From IMG/VR virus record IMGVR_UViG_2585427780_000001: 13,691 bases of DNA; one strand, given 5' to 3'. The stretch comes from a virus (Duplodnaviria; Heunggongvirae; Uroviricota; Caudoviricetes). Position 1 is the first letter of the stretch, and each line of letters begins with the position of its first letter. A program made the position numbers and the translations under genes. Below the pieces are notes generated by a model that saw only the letters and a list, made by a program, of their open reading frames with translations, was not told the origin of the DNA and did no database searches. Below are positions 1 to 7,656 of the stretch, in pieces.

Positions 1-123
1 GATGGCTTCGGCCCCCGTTTTCACACGAAGGTCGATGCGGCGGCCAAATCGTTGCAAATCCCCGTAAAGGCAGATGCGTGCCATGCCCGGTGACGCCAGA
101 GGGAGTGTGTGCGTCGCTGCCAT
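1..123 (-). CDS. I: Tail tip assembly protein I, 5' partial (N-terminal 41 codons; rest lies beyond the window start)
   Basis: Not in the ORF track because it runs off the window. Reverse complement of 1-123 starts with ATG at 123-121 and translates MAATHTLPLASPGMARICLYGDLQRFGRRIDLRVKTGAEAI, matching my memory of the lambda gpI N-terminus. It overlaps the 3' end of K by 103 nt in another frame, the same overlap as lambda K/I. Confidence 0.8.
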   Translation of the reverse strand, partial: MAATHTLPLASPGMARICLYGDLQRFGRRIDLRVKTGAEAI

Positions 124-764
124 TTGTCGGTATACCTCTCTCGTTTGCTCAGTTGTTCAGGAATATGGTGCAGCAGCTCGCCGTCGCCGCAGTAAATAGC
201 GGCATGATTCGGCACCGATGAACCAAAACAGCACAGCAGCACATCGCCCGGCTGCGCCGCTGACAACGGCACCTGATACAGCCCTGTAGCCTCCAGATTA
301 TCCAGATAGAGATTCTGACCGTTACGCCACCAGTCATCCCCGCGATGAAAATCCGGCATCTCAATCCCCGCCAGATGGTAAGCATCCCGGAACAGCGTGT
401 AACAGTCCGTCACCCCGTGCTCAAAGCGCCGCCCGGTGAGATGCGGCACACAGCGGAATTTATGAATCTCACCCCGGCAGACCAGCCACCACGGCAAATC
501 ACTCTGCACCTGCAGCCGCCGGTCAGTCTCACTCAGCCAGGGCAGACCACCGGGGTGGCTGTGGACCAGCGCCACAATCTCACCCTGCATTTCTGCCCGC
601 AGCCAGTCCTCCGGCGACATCCGGAAATACTCCTCCGGCTCACCGGAGATATTCACGCAGGGAAAATATCTTTCTCCCTCCGGCGTTCTCACCACGAAGC
701 CGCACGACTCCGCTGGCGCACATCGCCGGGCGTGCGCCAGAATCGCTGATTCTGTCTCTGTCAT
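21..764 (-). CDS. K: Tail tip assembly protein K (JAB/MPN metalloprotease-like plus NlpC/P60-like domains), 247 aa
   Basis: ORF 21..764 with ATG at 764-762, 5 nt after the L stop. Contains an HSHP..S..D JAB/MPN-type motif (ALVHSHPGGLPWLSETD) and a downstream Cys/His region (DCYTLF ... HHIP) typical of gpK. Position between L and I matches lambda. Confidence 0.85.
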   Translation of the reverse strand: MTETESAILAHARRCAPAESCGFVVRTPEGERYFPCVNISGEPEEYFRMSPEDWLRAEMQGEIVALVHSHPGGLPWLSETDRRLQVQSDLPWWLVCRGEIHKFRCVPHLTGRRFEHGVTDCYTLFRDAYHLAGIEMPDFHRGDDWWRNGQNLYLDNLEATGLYQVPLSAAQPGDVLLCCFGSSVPNHAAIYCGDGELLHHIPEQLSKRERYTDKWQRRTHSLWRHRAWHASAFTGICNDLAAASTFV

Positions 765-769
765 GGGAT

Positions 770-1468
770 TTACTGCGAAAGTTTGTTAATGGAAAGGAAG
801 CCGCCAAAGTTGCCGACGTTATTGCGGAACTTACAACCGCTCAGGCATTTGCTGCATTTATCCTTCGTGATATCGGACGTTGGCTGGTCATATTCATCCG
901 CGACCGCCGGACCGTGATAACCGCACTCATCGCCGCGATAGGTCCAGGTGCAGGTGTTGGCCAGCATGATACGTCCCGGAAAAACAGCGCCGTCCGTTTC
1001 CGTCGGCGTGGCCAGTACAAAAGAGGCACTGACCGCGCTCAGTTCGCTGCACTGCTCGATGCGCCAGCGGCTGATCACCTCCTGCTCCGGGTCGGCGTCA
1101 CTGTTTCCGTTGACGAAGTTCACCGCATCCAGAAAACGGGCGTAAACCTTACGCCGGACCACCGTTCCGCCGACCAGACTCTGCAGCTCTTCCGCCATCC
1201 CGGTGACCATACCGTGCAGGTTAGAAACCGTCAGTGTCGGACGGGCAGCACTGCCCTTGCCGTTCAGTTCAAATCCCGTCCCCTGAATGGGATACGGCTG
1301 ATACTGTCGTCTCTGCCAGGTGACCGGCTCACCTTTTTCGTTCTGCTCATTACAGAAAAAATAACGTTCACCACCGACCTCTGTCAGATCGATTTCCCAG
1401 AGCACCACCTGGGCTGACTGAGTGAGGCGTGTCGTCTCATGATGTGTTTCCTGTGGAATATCCTGCAT
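770..1468 (-). CDS. L: Minor tail protein L, 232 aa
   Basis: ORF 770..1468, 232 aa, the same length as lambda gpL. Translation (MQDIPQETHHETTRL ... CSKCLSGCKFRNNVGNFGGFLSINKLSQ) has the C-terminal Cys cluster of gpL and appears near-identical to lambda L from memory. Sits between M and K. Confidence 0.9.
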   Translation of the reverse strand: MQDIPQETHHETTRLTQSAQVVLWEIDLTEVGGERYFFCNEQNEKGEPVTWQRRQYQPYPIQGTGFELNGKGSAARPTLTVSNLHGMVTGMAEELQSLVGGTVVRRKVYARFLDAVNFVNGNSDADPEQEVISRWRIEQCSELSAVSASFVLATPTETDGAVFPGRIMLANTCTWTYRGDECGYHGPAVADEYDQPTSDITKDKCSKCLSGCKFRNNVGNFGGFLSINKLSQ

Positions 1469-1477
1469 CAGAGCCTC

Positions 1478-1807
1478 CTATGCCACGACCTGTTCAAAAT
1501 CTGCCGTTATGGTTACCCACAGCGCCCCCACGCTTGCCGACCATTTACGACAAACCACCCTAATCGGTTTCCAGTCATAAGGTGGCGTCCACTGAAATGC
1601 GCGGACGCCACCGTGCCGTTCCAGAAAGGCTTTTAAAGATGGGTGTTCACATTTACGAACACGTATCGTCACGCTGTAAGTCGACAACTGGTTATTCAGT
1701 CCCGCCGCACGACGCTGTTCATAACCATCGCCCAGCTTCACTGTCACCACTTTCGGCTCTGATACCACATTCATATCCGGGCGCACTTTCCAGTGAAACG
1801 TCTCCAT
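1478..1807 (-). CDS. M: Minor tail protein M, 109 aa
   Basis: ORF 1478..1807, 109 aa as for lambda gpM. Translation METFHWKVRPDM ... FEQVVA resembles lambda M (MKTFRWKVKPGM ... FEQVVN, from memory). Its ATG at 1807-1805 overlaps the H stop TAA (1809-1807) by 1 nt. Confidence 0.85.
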   Translation of the reverse strand: METFHWKVRPDMNVVSEPKVVTVKLGDGYEQRRAAGLNNQLSTYSVTIRVRKCEHPSLKAFLERHGGVRAFQWTPPYDWKPIRVVCRKWSASVGALWVTITADFEQVVA

Positions 1808-4491
1808 TACCGATATGCTCCACTTAACCGACCACCATCACGGGCCTGCTGTTGCATAAAGTCCGCTGCTGCTTTTTTCCCGAGGTCATAAACCACCTTC
1901 AGGGCAGCCGGACCTATCTGCCCGTTCGTGCCATCGTTATTGATCTCGATGTTGTACTGCGGGGCAAACATCGCCATACCTGAACCACCAATATCCGCCA
2001 CAACCCCCAGCTTACCGTCAGCACCACGACGCAGAGGCAGAATGGCTTCAGGCCCAGCTTCCCCCATCACACCTGCACCTTTTGCAAAAGCAAAAAACGT
2101 CGGACGGTTAACCACCGTGCCACTGTAGCGACTCAAATCAGCAGACTGATAAACACCACCATCAGCATTGGGCGTCACACTGGCAGTTGCTGCACTCCCC
2201 CAGCCAAACGCCGAACCAATCCCCTTAACTGTCTGCATCATGGACATCTGAGCCATGATTTTTGCCAGATCAGAAAGGAGCGAGGCGGTAAAAGATTTGA
2301 AGTTCAGTTTTCCGGTGGTACAGAATGTAGCCAGTGCATTACCTGCACTATTAAATGCCGCTGTAAGCATCTGCTCCGCAGTGCCTGCCGCATTATCCGC
2401 ATCTGCCGTGAAATTCTGAAACGCCCGCATGGCACCGTTTTTCCAGTTACCCTGAGCAATTTCAAGCTGTTGCCAGTAACGGCGATTCTCATTCAGTTGC
2501 CTGTTCAGGCTCTCCGTCAGCGCCTGCTCGGCCTTTCTGTAGTCATCCGTGTTATATGTCCCTTTCTGCTCACTATCCCGCCTCAACTGCTCCAGCTGTT
2601 GCTGGTATTTCTGGCGAAGGCTCAGTTGTACCTGATATCGCTGCCGCTGCTGATCACCCATACCCACCGTGGCGATATCCAGGTCATGTTGCTGACGCTG
2701 AGCGCGCTCTTCTTCAGCCAGTTGACTGGTCAGCTGAATTGTTTTTTTCTTCAGATCGTTGAGTGCCGTCTGTTTCTGAAGCTCCTGCTGTTTTACATCC
2801 AGCAGCGTCAGTGCCTGAATCAGTTCATCTTTACGGGCCAGCACACTCTTTTCATCTGCCGTCAGTTTTTTCCCGTCCAGATCGCTGATGCGCTGCTGCA
2901 GAGCCAGAAGCTGTTTATGCGCTTCTGTCATCTTTTCAGTGGCAATGCCTGCTGACTGTCTTGCAGCAGCAATCTGTCCTTCCACCTGTGCCTGTTGCTG
3001 GCTGTACTGCAGCAATAACCGGGTGGCCTCATCATTACGGGTTTCGCGTGTTTTTTTCTTACCGGATGCCAGGGCTTTCTCGTAACGTTCATTTTCACGT
3101 TGTATCGCCGCATCCCTGACAGCCTGATCGGCGTACTGCATGGCATTAATACGCGCAATTTCACGCTGATGTCGTGCTGCTTCCGTTTCATTCATCCGGT
3201 TCAGTGCAGCATTTTCAGCATTACGGCGTTTCTGTTGCTCCTGATAATTCCGCTCTGCCTGCTCTTTTGCATCCTGCAAATCCTTCTGGCGTTTTTTCTC
3301 CTGAAGATCGTTAAGACGCTGCTGATCGTATTCAACCTGAGAAGATGATGCCGTCCAGGGGAGTCTTTTCGCCCGCGACACTTTCTCCTGTAAAGCGGCA
3401 ATCTGTTCATCCAGCGAGTCTTCACGACCAATATTCATGGCCGCATCCCAGAAACGACTCCACAAATCAGACAGATACTTCAGCGTACTGCCAAGCGCAT
3501 TGAGGTTATTATCAATATCCGCAGTACGCCGACCGGTTTCCTCTGCCAGTGCAGACATGGCTATCCGTGCAGCATCACTGGACCGCCCCTGCTCCCCAAG
3601 GACGCGTATCTGCTCAAGCTGAGTGGCAGTAAGAAAATGCAGCTCATTGTCCAGAGCCTTCGCGGCATTTACAGGATCATCCTTCAGCCGCTTAAACTGA
3701 TTTATGGTATCGCTGACCGACTGGCCAACCGATCGCTCCATCTGTGCGGCAGCTCTCGCCACCATACCGATATCGTTTCCACGAAATGCACCACTCCCCA
3801 CCACCTGAGCCAGCGCACCGGCTGCAGCATGTTGCGTGATACCATTCCCGGAAATAGCACGACTGAGCGTCCACAGCTGCCCGGCAGTAACTCCGGCATA
3901 ATGCCCCGTCAGCGACAACTGGCGGTTAAATTCTTCCCCCTCCTTCTGACCGTCATACCAGGCTTTACCCAGACCATAGACGGCCGCGGCAATACCGCCA
4001 ATAACCCCGCCAAGCATCATGCCTTTCGGTGACATCAGTGTGTCTATCCATCCGGCACGGTTAGCCAGCGTTATCCCGGATCCCCTCAGCGCCCCTAAAT
4101 TGCCGCGGGCCAGTTCACCTATCAGAACGCCTATCTCCTGGCGGGCTGCTGCACTTTTCAGACCCAGCGAATGCGTGGCTTTTCCTGCCTGCTCCATTTT
4201 GCGGATATACACTTCTGCAGCACTGCTTACCCCCAGCTGGGCTGCCTTAGCACGAAGCAACTCAGAAGATGAAAGATTCTGGCGGGTTGCCTGCTCTTTA
4301 AGCTGACGGATAAACGCCACTTTCTGTCGGGTAGCCTCTTCCTCAGCCTGTGTAAGAACACGGGTTTTCGCCGTAACCTCAGAAATCAGCGCCAGATAAT
4401 CCTGCTGACCAATCCCGCCACTGTTTCTGGCCTGTCGGATCTGCTGCTGAATACGCTGTAATTCCTGCAGCCCCGCACTGGCCTGTTTCAC
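1807..4491 (-). CDS. H: Tail tape measure protein H, major 894-codon segment downstream of an in-frame TAG (GTG at 4491 is only the first in-frame start-like codon after the stop)
   Basis: ORF 1807..4491. Has a hydrophobic Gly-rich segment (LMSPKGMMLGGVIGGIAAAVYGLGKAWYDGQ), a long charged Q/E/R/K-rich coiled-coil-like middle, and a C-terminus NNDGTNGQIGPAALKVVYDLGKKAAADFMQQQARDGGRLSGAYR like the lambda gpH C-terminus. It is in the same frame as 4504..4881. Confidence 0.85.
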   Translation of the reverse strand: MKQASAGLQELQRIQQQIRQARNSGGIGQQDYLALISEVTAKTRVLTQAEEEATRQKVAFIRQLKEQATRQNLSSSELLRAKAAQLGVSSAAEVYIRKMEQAGKATHSLGLKSAAARQEIGVLIGELARGNLGALRGSGITLANRAGWIDTLMSPKGMMLGGVIGGIAAAVYGLGKAWYDGQKEGEEFNRQLSLTGHYAGVTAGQLWTLSRAISGNGITQHAAAGALAQVVGSGAFRGNDIGMVARAAAQMERSVGQSVSDTINQFKRLKDDPVNAAKALDNELHFLTATQLEQIRVLGEQGRSSDAARIAMSALAEETGRRTADIDNNLNALGSTLKYLSDLWSRFWDAAMNIGREDSLDEQIAALQEKVSRAKRLPWTASSSQVEYDQQRLNDLQEKKRQKDLQDAKEQAERNYQEQQKRRNAENAALNRMNETEAARHQREIARINAMQYADQAVRDAAIQRENERYEKALASGKKKTRETRNDEATRLLLQYSQQQAQVEGQIAAARQSAGIATEKMTEAHKQLLALQQRISDLDGKKLTADEKSVLARKDELIQALTLLDVKQQELQKQTALNDLKKKTIQLTSQLAEEERAQRQQHDLDIATVGMGDQQRQRYQVQLSLRQKYQQQLEQLRRDSEQKGTYNTDDYRKAEQALTESLNRQLNENRRYWQQLEIAQGNWKNGAMRAFQNFTADADNAAGTAEQMLTAAFNSAGNALATFCTTGKLNFKSFTASLLSDLAKIMAQMSMMQTVKGIGSAFGWGSAATASVTPNADGGVYQSADLSRYSGTVVNRPTFFAFAKGAGVMGEAGPEAILPLRRGADGKLGVVADIGGSGMAMFAPQYNIEINNDGTNGQIGPAALKVVYDLGKKAAADFMQQQARDGGRLSGAYR

Positions 4492-4503
4492 ACTGTCAAT
4501 CTA

Positions 4504-4881
4504 ACGATAAAACGCAGCAGCCGCTTTATCCTGAGCCTCCGCCAGAGCCATGGCCTGCGCCTGTTCATCGCGCATTTTCTGGCTCAGCGCCTCCATGCGC
4601 TGGCGGGTTTTCTCCACCTCGCGGGCCATGCGTTCATGAGCCTGTGCGTTCTTCTCCACCGTCTGCGCATGGACGGAGGCGGCTGTTGCAGCCGAAGAAG
4701 CCGCCTGCGTTGTCTGCCGGGCGGCCTGAGTCTGACGCTCCATAAAACGCTGCATACGGGCAGAAGACCGTTCTGCATCGCTGGCGGCACCATTCAGAAG
4801 GTTTTTGATACGGGGAATTTCATTTTTAAACTCTGCCGCATCAATCCCCAAATCAATGACCAGGTTGGCTATCTGGTCCAT
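4504..4881 (-). pseudogene. H: Tail tape measure protein H, N-terminal 126-codon segment ending at in-frame TAG (4503-4501)
   Basis: ATG at 4881-4879 preceded by GGAGGTG 8 nt upstream. Translation MDQIANLVIDLGIDAAEFKNE... resembles the lambda gpH N-terminus (MAEPVGDLVVDLSLDAARFDEQ, from memory). Same reading frame as 1807..4491 (4911-4491 = 420, divisible by 3), separated from it only by TAG plus 3 codons. Confidence 0.75.
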
Positions 4882-5203
4882 AACGCACACCTCCGGAAAT
4901 ACCTTCTCCAAGATGCATCAGTTCTTCGTCCGTTCGCTCCGGTATCCCGTTCTCTTCCGGTAAAAGGCTGAAATCAGCCACCGCAGCATCACTGCTGCCG
5001 GACACCATTCTCACGATCAATGCCTTCAGCGAGGCAAACTGCGCATCCATCCACACATCACTGAAGCTCTGCATCCGGAAATAATCGCCCCACTCACCAA
5101 GCTCAGTGGCCGACATTTCCGACAGCATCCGCCGCCAGTCTGCCCGCCGGAACTCCCGGGCAAGCCGCATGACAAACTGCATTTCCCGCGTCAGGACTTT
5201 TCC
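4853..5203 (-). CDS. T: T portion of tail assembly chaperone gpGT, reached by programmed -1 frameshift from G
   Basis: ORF 4853..5182 is in the -1 frame relative to G. That frame is open upstream to a stop at 5218-5216 and overlaps the last codons of G. Sequence GGAAAAG (5203-5197) lies 1 codon before the G stop, where lambda has its G/GT slip site. Its 3' end overlaps the H start by 29 nt. Confidence 0.7.
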   Translation of the reverse strand, partial: GKVLTREMQFVMRLAREFRRADWRRMLSEMSATELGEWGDYFRMQSFSDVWMDAQFASLKALIVRMVSGSSDAAVADFSLLPEENGIPERTDEELMHLGEGISGGVRYGPDSQPGH

Positions 5204-5577
5204 GGCGTCAGCGCCTCATGCTCATCATCCCCGGCATTATCAATGGCCCCCATACCGCTCAGCGACAGAACCATCTCCGCCCCCGCACCCAGGGCATCAT
5301 ACGACCATGTTGTAATAACGGATGCGCAAAGCGTCTCTACATCCTTAGACTGATCCGCATTCCACAGTGAGCGGGAAACCAGCCAGGCATTGATATCCAT
5401 CCCCATCCGCAGAAAAGCAATCTGTCGTTCAGCCTCCGGCAGTTCTCCCTCCCCGGCATCAAACTTTGCCGTTCGCTGCTGAACAAACGCCAGATATTCA
5501 ATTCTCTGCAGCCCGGACAGCTCACTGAGCACCACGGACTGTTTTTCATAATTAAACGTGCCCTGTTTCAGAAACAT
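5191..5577 (-). CDS. G: Tail assembly chaperone G, about 128 aa
   Basis: ORF 5191..5619. Chosen start is ATG at 5577-5575 (MFLKQGTF..., like lambda gpG MFLK...) with GGAG 6 nt upstream; a second ATG lies at 5580. The ORF-track start at 5619 is TTG and would overlap the upstream terminator hairpin. Contains SELSGLQRIEYLAF, like lambda G SELSALQRIEHLAL. Confidence 0.75.
   Translation of the reverse strand: MFLKQGTFNYEKQSVVLSELSGLQRIEYLAFVQQRTAKFDAGEGELPEAERQIAFLRMGMDINAWLVSRSLWNADQSKDVETLCASVITTWSYDALGAGAEMVLSLSGMGAIDNAGDDEHEALTPEKS
5197..5203 (-). promoter_or_regulatory. Candidate -1 programmed ribosomal frameshift heptamer G GAA AAG (G to GT)
   Basis: Minus-strand sequence ACG CCG GAA AAG TCC TGA ends gene G. 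Shifting -1 at GAA AAG gives GGA AAA GTC CTG ... which continues into the T frame. The lambda site is G GGA AAG (established knowledge). Confidence 0.55.
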
Positions 5578-5593
5578 CATGTTCTCCACCTGC

Positions 5594-5617
5594 AAAAAAG
5601 CCCCGGATAACCGGGGC
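5594..5617 (-). terminator. Rho-independent terminator-like hairpin between V and G (GCCCCGG-UUAU-CCGGGGC followed by U6)
   Basis: Plus 5600-5617 gccccggataaccggggc preceded by aaaaaa (5594-5599). On the minus-strand transcript this is a perfect 7-bp GC-rich stem, a 4-nt loop, then UUUUUU, sitting 20 nt after the V stop. Confidence 0.6.
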
Positions 5618-5637
5618 AAATGATGAGTATCGTCCTG

Positions 5638-6381
5638 TTAACCTGCGGCGCTGACAGCCACCGCAGCCACGGCCACAAAATCGCCGTCAGAAGTCATGCC
5701 CACAATGCTGACACTGCCCTGCTTCACGCCTTTCACCGTGGCCACAAGCCCGTTCAGGGTCACCGTGGCAGTCTGTGGATCTGTCGAATGTACACTGATC
5801 GCTTTGTCACTGGCTCCGTCAGGTTTTACTGTAAAGGTCAGCGTGGTGGTTGCTCCCACTTTTACACTGGCAGATGCTGGTGCCACCGTCAGCCCGGTAA
5901 CGCTCACTGTTTCAGTGCCTTCCTCTGCCAGATGCGGACGCCCCACACCGCTGATTTTCACTGTGCGGGTCATCACGTCTTTTGAGGCAATGGTTTTACC
6001 CAGTGAGCTCAGCCAGCCACGGAAAACATCAACAGTGCCGTTGGGATATTTGATACGAAACGCGCAGACTTCACCGGAGTCGAACAACTGAACCAGTTTT
6101 TTCTGCCCGCTGTCACCCGGACGCCAGGCCAGCGTCGCCGAAGTATCACCGACGGATTTCTGCCCCTGGGTTGTCGTTTTCCAGTCTGCATCTTCATCAT
6201 CGAGATAAGTGTCATCTTCTGCATCAGCGGTCATTTCGCCAGGTTGCAGATCCTTCACCATCGCAAGACGCAGCCAGTCAGTGTCCGATAAAGGGTTCGC
6301 AAACGCATCGCCCTTGCCGGTGTACATCCAGAACGTCGTTCCCGCACCTTTCGTTTTTGCCAGTGGATTTGGTGTGGTCAT
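5638..6381 (-). CDS. V: Major tail tube protein V with C-terminal Ig-like (Big_2-type) domain, 247 aa
   Basis: ORF 5638..6387. ATG at 6381-6379 is preceded by AAAGGAGGTG; the ORF-track start at 6387 is GTG. Translation MTTPNPLAKTKGAGTTFWMY...YLDDEDADW...NGTVDVFRGW matches lambda gpV motifs, and the C-terminal Thr/Val/Ser-rich segment is typical of the gpV Ig-like domain. Confidence 0.9.
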   Translation of the reverse strand: MTTPNPLAKTKGAGTTFWMYTGKGDAFANPLSDTDWLRLAMVKDLQPGEMTADAEDDTYLDDEDADWKTTTQGQKSVGDTSATLAWRPGDSGQKKLVQLFDSGEVCAFRIKYPNGTVDVFRGWLSSLGKTIASKDVMTRTVKISGVGRPHLAEEGTETVSVTGLTVAPASASVKVGATTTLTFTVKPDGASDKAISVHSTDPQTATVTLNGLVATVKGVKQGSVSIVGMTSDGDFVAVAAVAVSAAG

Positions 6382-6392
6382 TGCCACCTCCT

Positions 6393-6794
6393 TTAATTCG
6401 TGTACGTGATCTGGTACGTGATTTCCGCCATCGCCCAGGTGGCCATCTCATTATCACGTTGATAGTTAAAACCGAGAGGGATCAGGGTGTCGATGAGTCC
6501 GGAAAGTGCCGGTATATCATTCAGAGCCGGGAAAATGGTGCTCTCCATCCACATATCCAGCTCTGAATCCGGTGCCTGTGCCCGGATGAAGACAGCAATA
6601 TGCAGAACAGCCTGCCAGTCATCTTCATCCGTCATTTTTCCGGTGTACTGAGCATCACTCAGCCACACCGCCACGGCAGGCAGTTCCTGCGCATCAATAA
6701 ATGCCGGAAGCCCGTCAAAAAACGTGGCGCTGTCTCCACACTGTTCCCGAAGGCGTGCCAGTACGGCCTGGCGGATTTGTGTATGTCGGTTCAT
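6393..6794 (-). CDS. U: Tail terminator protein U, about 133 aa
   Basis: ORF 6393..6806. ATG at 6794-6792 forms an ATGA overlap with the Z stop (6793-6791); an alternative ATG at 6806 would add 4 codons. Contains ATFFDG...PAVAV...DIPALS, like lambda gpU from memory. Confidence 0.8.
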   Translation of the reverse strand: MNRHTQIRQAVLARLREQCGDSATFFDGLPAFIDAQELPAVAVWLSDAQYTGKMTDEDDWQAVLHIAVFIRAQAPDSELDMWMESTIFPALNDIPALSGLIDTLIPLGFNYQRDNEMATWAMAEITYQITYTN

Positions 6795-7369
6795 CGGGTC
6801 AGCCATAACCTCAGTTGTTGTTTCAGTGCATACCCCAGCTGTTTCGGCATTTCCGCAGCAATAATGCGGTCGCGGGCATCTTCAAATGCCTGTGTCAGCG
6901 GTCCGGACAGCGGGACTTTCACCACATCAATGGGGTAACGATTTTTGCCATCAATACGCCGCATCACATGCCAGCGACCATTCGCCAGTTGCTGAATAAA
7001 CGCATCCCGGAAAAGATATTTACCCACCTTCAGCACACTGCCACGGTACTGCAGTTTTCCACCACGCCGGGCCAGTCTGACCCGGGCTGTCCCCAGCTTA
7101 ATAGCGGGCAGATTGCCCCGGTTAACGCGGATCCTGGCCGTCATTTTTCCTGACGGACTGGCTTTAAACACCCGGACACGCTGACGTACCAGTTTCAGGG
7201 GGATCCCTTTCACCTGGTTATCTCCCGCAACGGTATTCCCGGCAACCTGCCGGGTGGCGACCGAGACCGCTTTCTGTGCCACACGGTTTATCGCCCATGC
7301 GCTGGCCTGTGGCACCATACGGGTATCAAGGCTGTTCAGATTACGGATGGCATTCTCAAGCCCCTTCAT
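6791..7369 (-). CDS. Z: Tail completion protein Z-like, 192 aa
   Basis: ORF 6791..7369, 192 aa as for lambda gpZ. ATG at 7369-7367 is preceded by AGAGGTG. Assigned by position between the FII-like gene and U and by size; I cannot align it to lambda Z from memory. Confidence 0.7.
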   Translation of the reverse strand: MKGLENAIRNLNSLDTRMVPQASAWAINRVAQKAVSVATRQVAGNTVAGDNQVKGIPLKLVRQRVRVFKASPSGKMTARIRVNRGNLPAIKLGTARVRLARRGGKLQYRGSVLKVGKYLFRDAFIQQLANGRWHVMRRIDGKNRYPIDVVKVPLSGPLTQAFEDARDRIIAAEMPKQLGYALKQQLRLWLTR

Positions 7370-7380
7370 CCCACACCTCT

Positions 7381-7656
7381 TTACTCAATAAAGATCATTG
7401 GCTTACCGTTAAAACGTTCATGCCGTGTGACCGTCCATTGTTGTCCGTCATAAACAACGCGATCCCCGCGCCGTGGGCGGTATCCCGAAGAAAACACCAC
7501 CAGAGAGACCGCAGGTCCGGACAGAGCATTCAGCTCTGCCAGTGTTTCTCCCGGGATCACAGTCATATCGACATCATTAATCGAGGCTGTCTTTCCCATC
7601 TTTCTGACCGTGATCGCATCCATACGCGCTGCCAGCCGGGAAAAGGGATCAGACAT
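7381..7656 (-). CDS. Head-tail joining (head completion) protein, FII-like, 91 aa
   Basis: ORF 7381..7656. ATG at 7656-7654 overlaps the upstream gene stop (ATGTCTGA, 8 nt). The C-terminal motif RRGDRVVYDGQQWTV resembles lambda gpFII RRGDTLTIGEENFWV (from memory). Sits immediately upstream of Z. Confidence 0.6.
   Translation of the reverse strand: MSDPFSRLAARMDAITVRKMGKTASINDVDMTVIPGETLAELNALSGPAVSLVVFSSGYRPRRGDRVVYDGQQWTVTRHERFNGKPMIFIE

Noticed and set aside
345-749. Plus-strand ORF of 134 aa antisense to K, and minus-strand ORF 149..385 in another frame of K
   Set aside because: Overlap the K gene, which has clear JAB and NlpC/P60-type motifs; compositionally biased with no independent support.
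914-1417. Plus-strand ORFs 914..1417 and 948..1145, antisense to L
   Set aside because: Entirely within L, which is strongly supported; no ribosome binding site and no recognisable protein features.
2470-2955. Plus-strand ORF of 161 aa (and neighbours 2556..2762, 2888..3085, 3100..3348, 3637..4032, 4019..4306) inside the tape measure gene
   Set aside because: They lie antisense to a well-supported minus-strand gene. Their length comes from the repetitive Q/E/K/R codon composition of the coiled-coil region; translations are Leu/Cys/Phe-rich low-complexity with no start signals.
5578-5619. Longer G start at 5619 (TTG) given in the ORF track
   Set aside because: That start lies inside the terminator hairpin after V, and the added residues (MPRLSGAFLQVEN) have no lambda counterpart. 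The ATG at 5577 with GGAG upstream matches the lambda gpG N-terminus MFLK.
5620-6224. Plus-strand ORFs 5620..5985, 5696..6091 and minus-strand 6009..6224 overlapping V
   Set aside because: Inside or antisense to the major tail gene V, whose frame has clear gpV motifs; no signals of their own.
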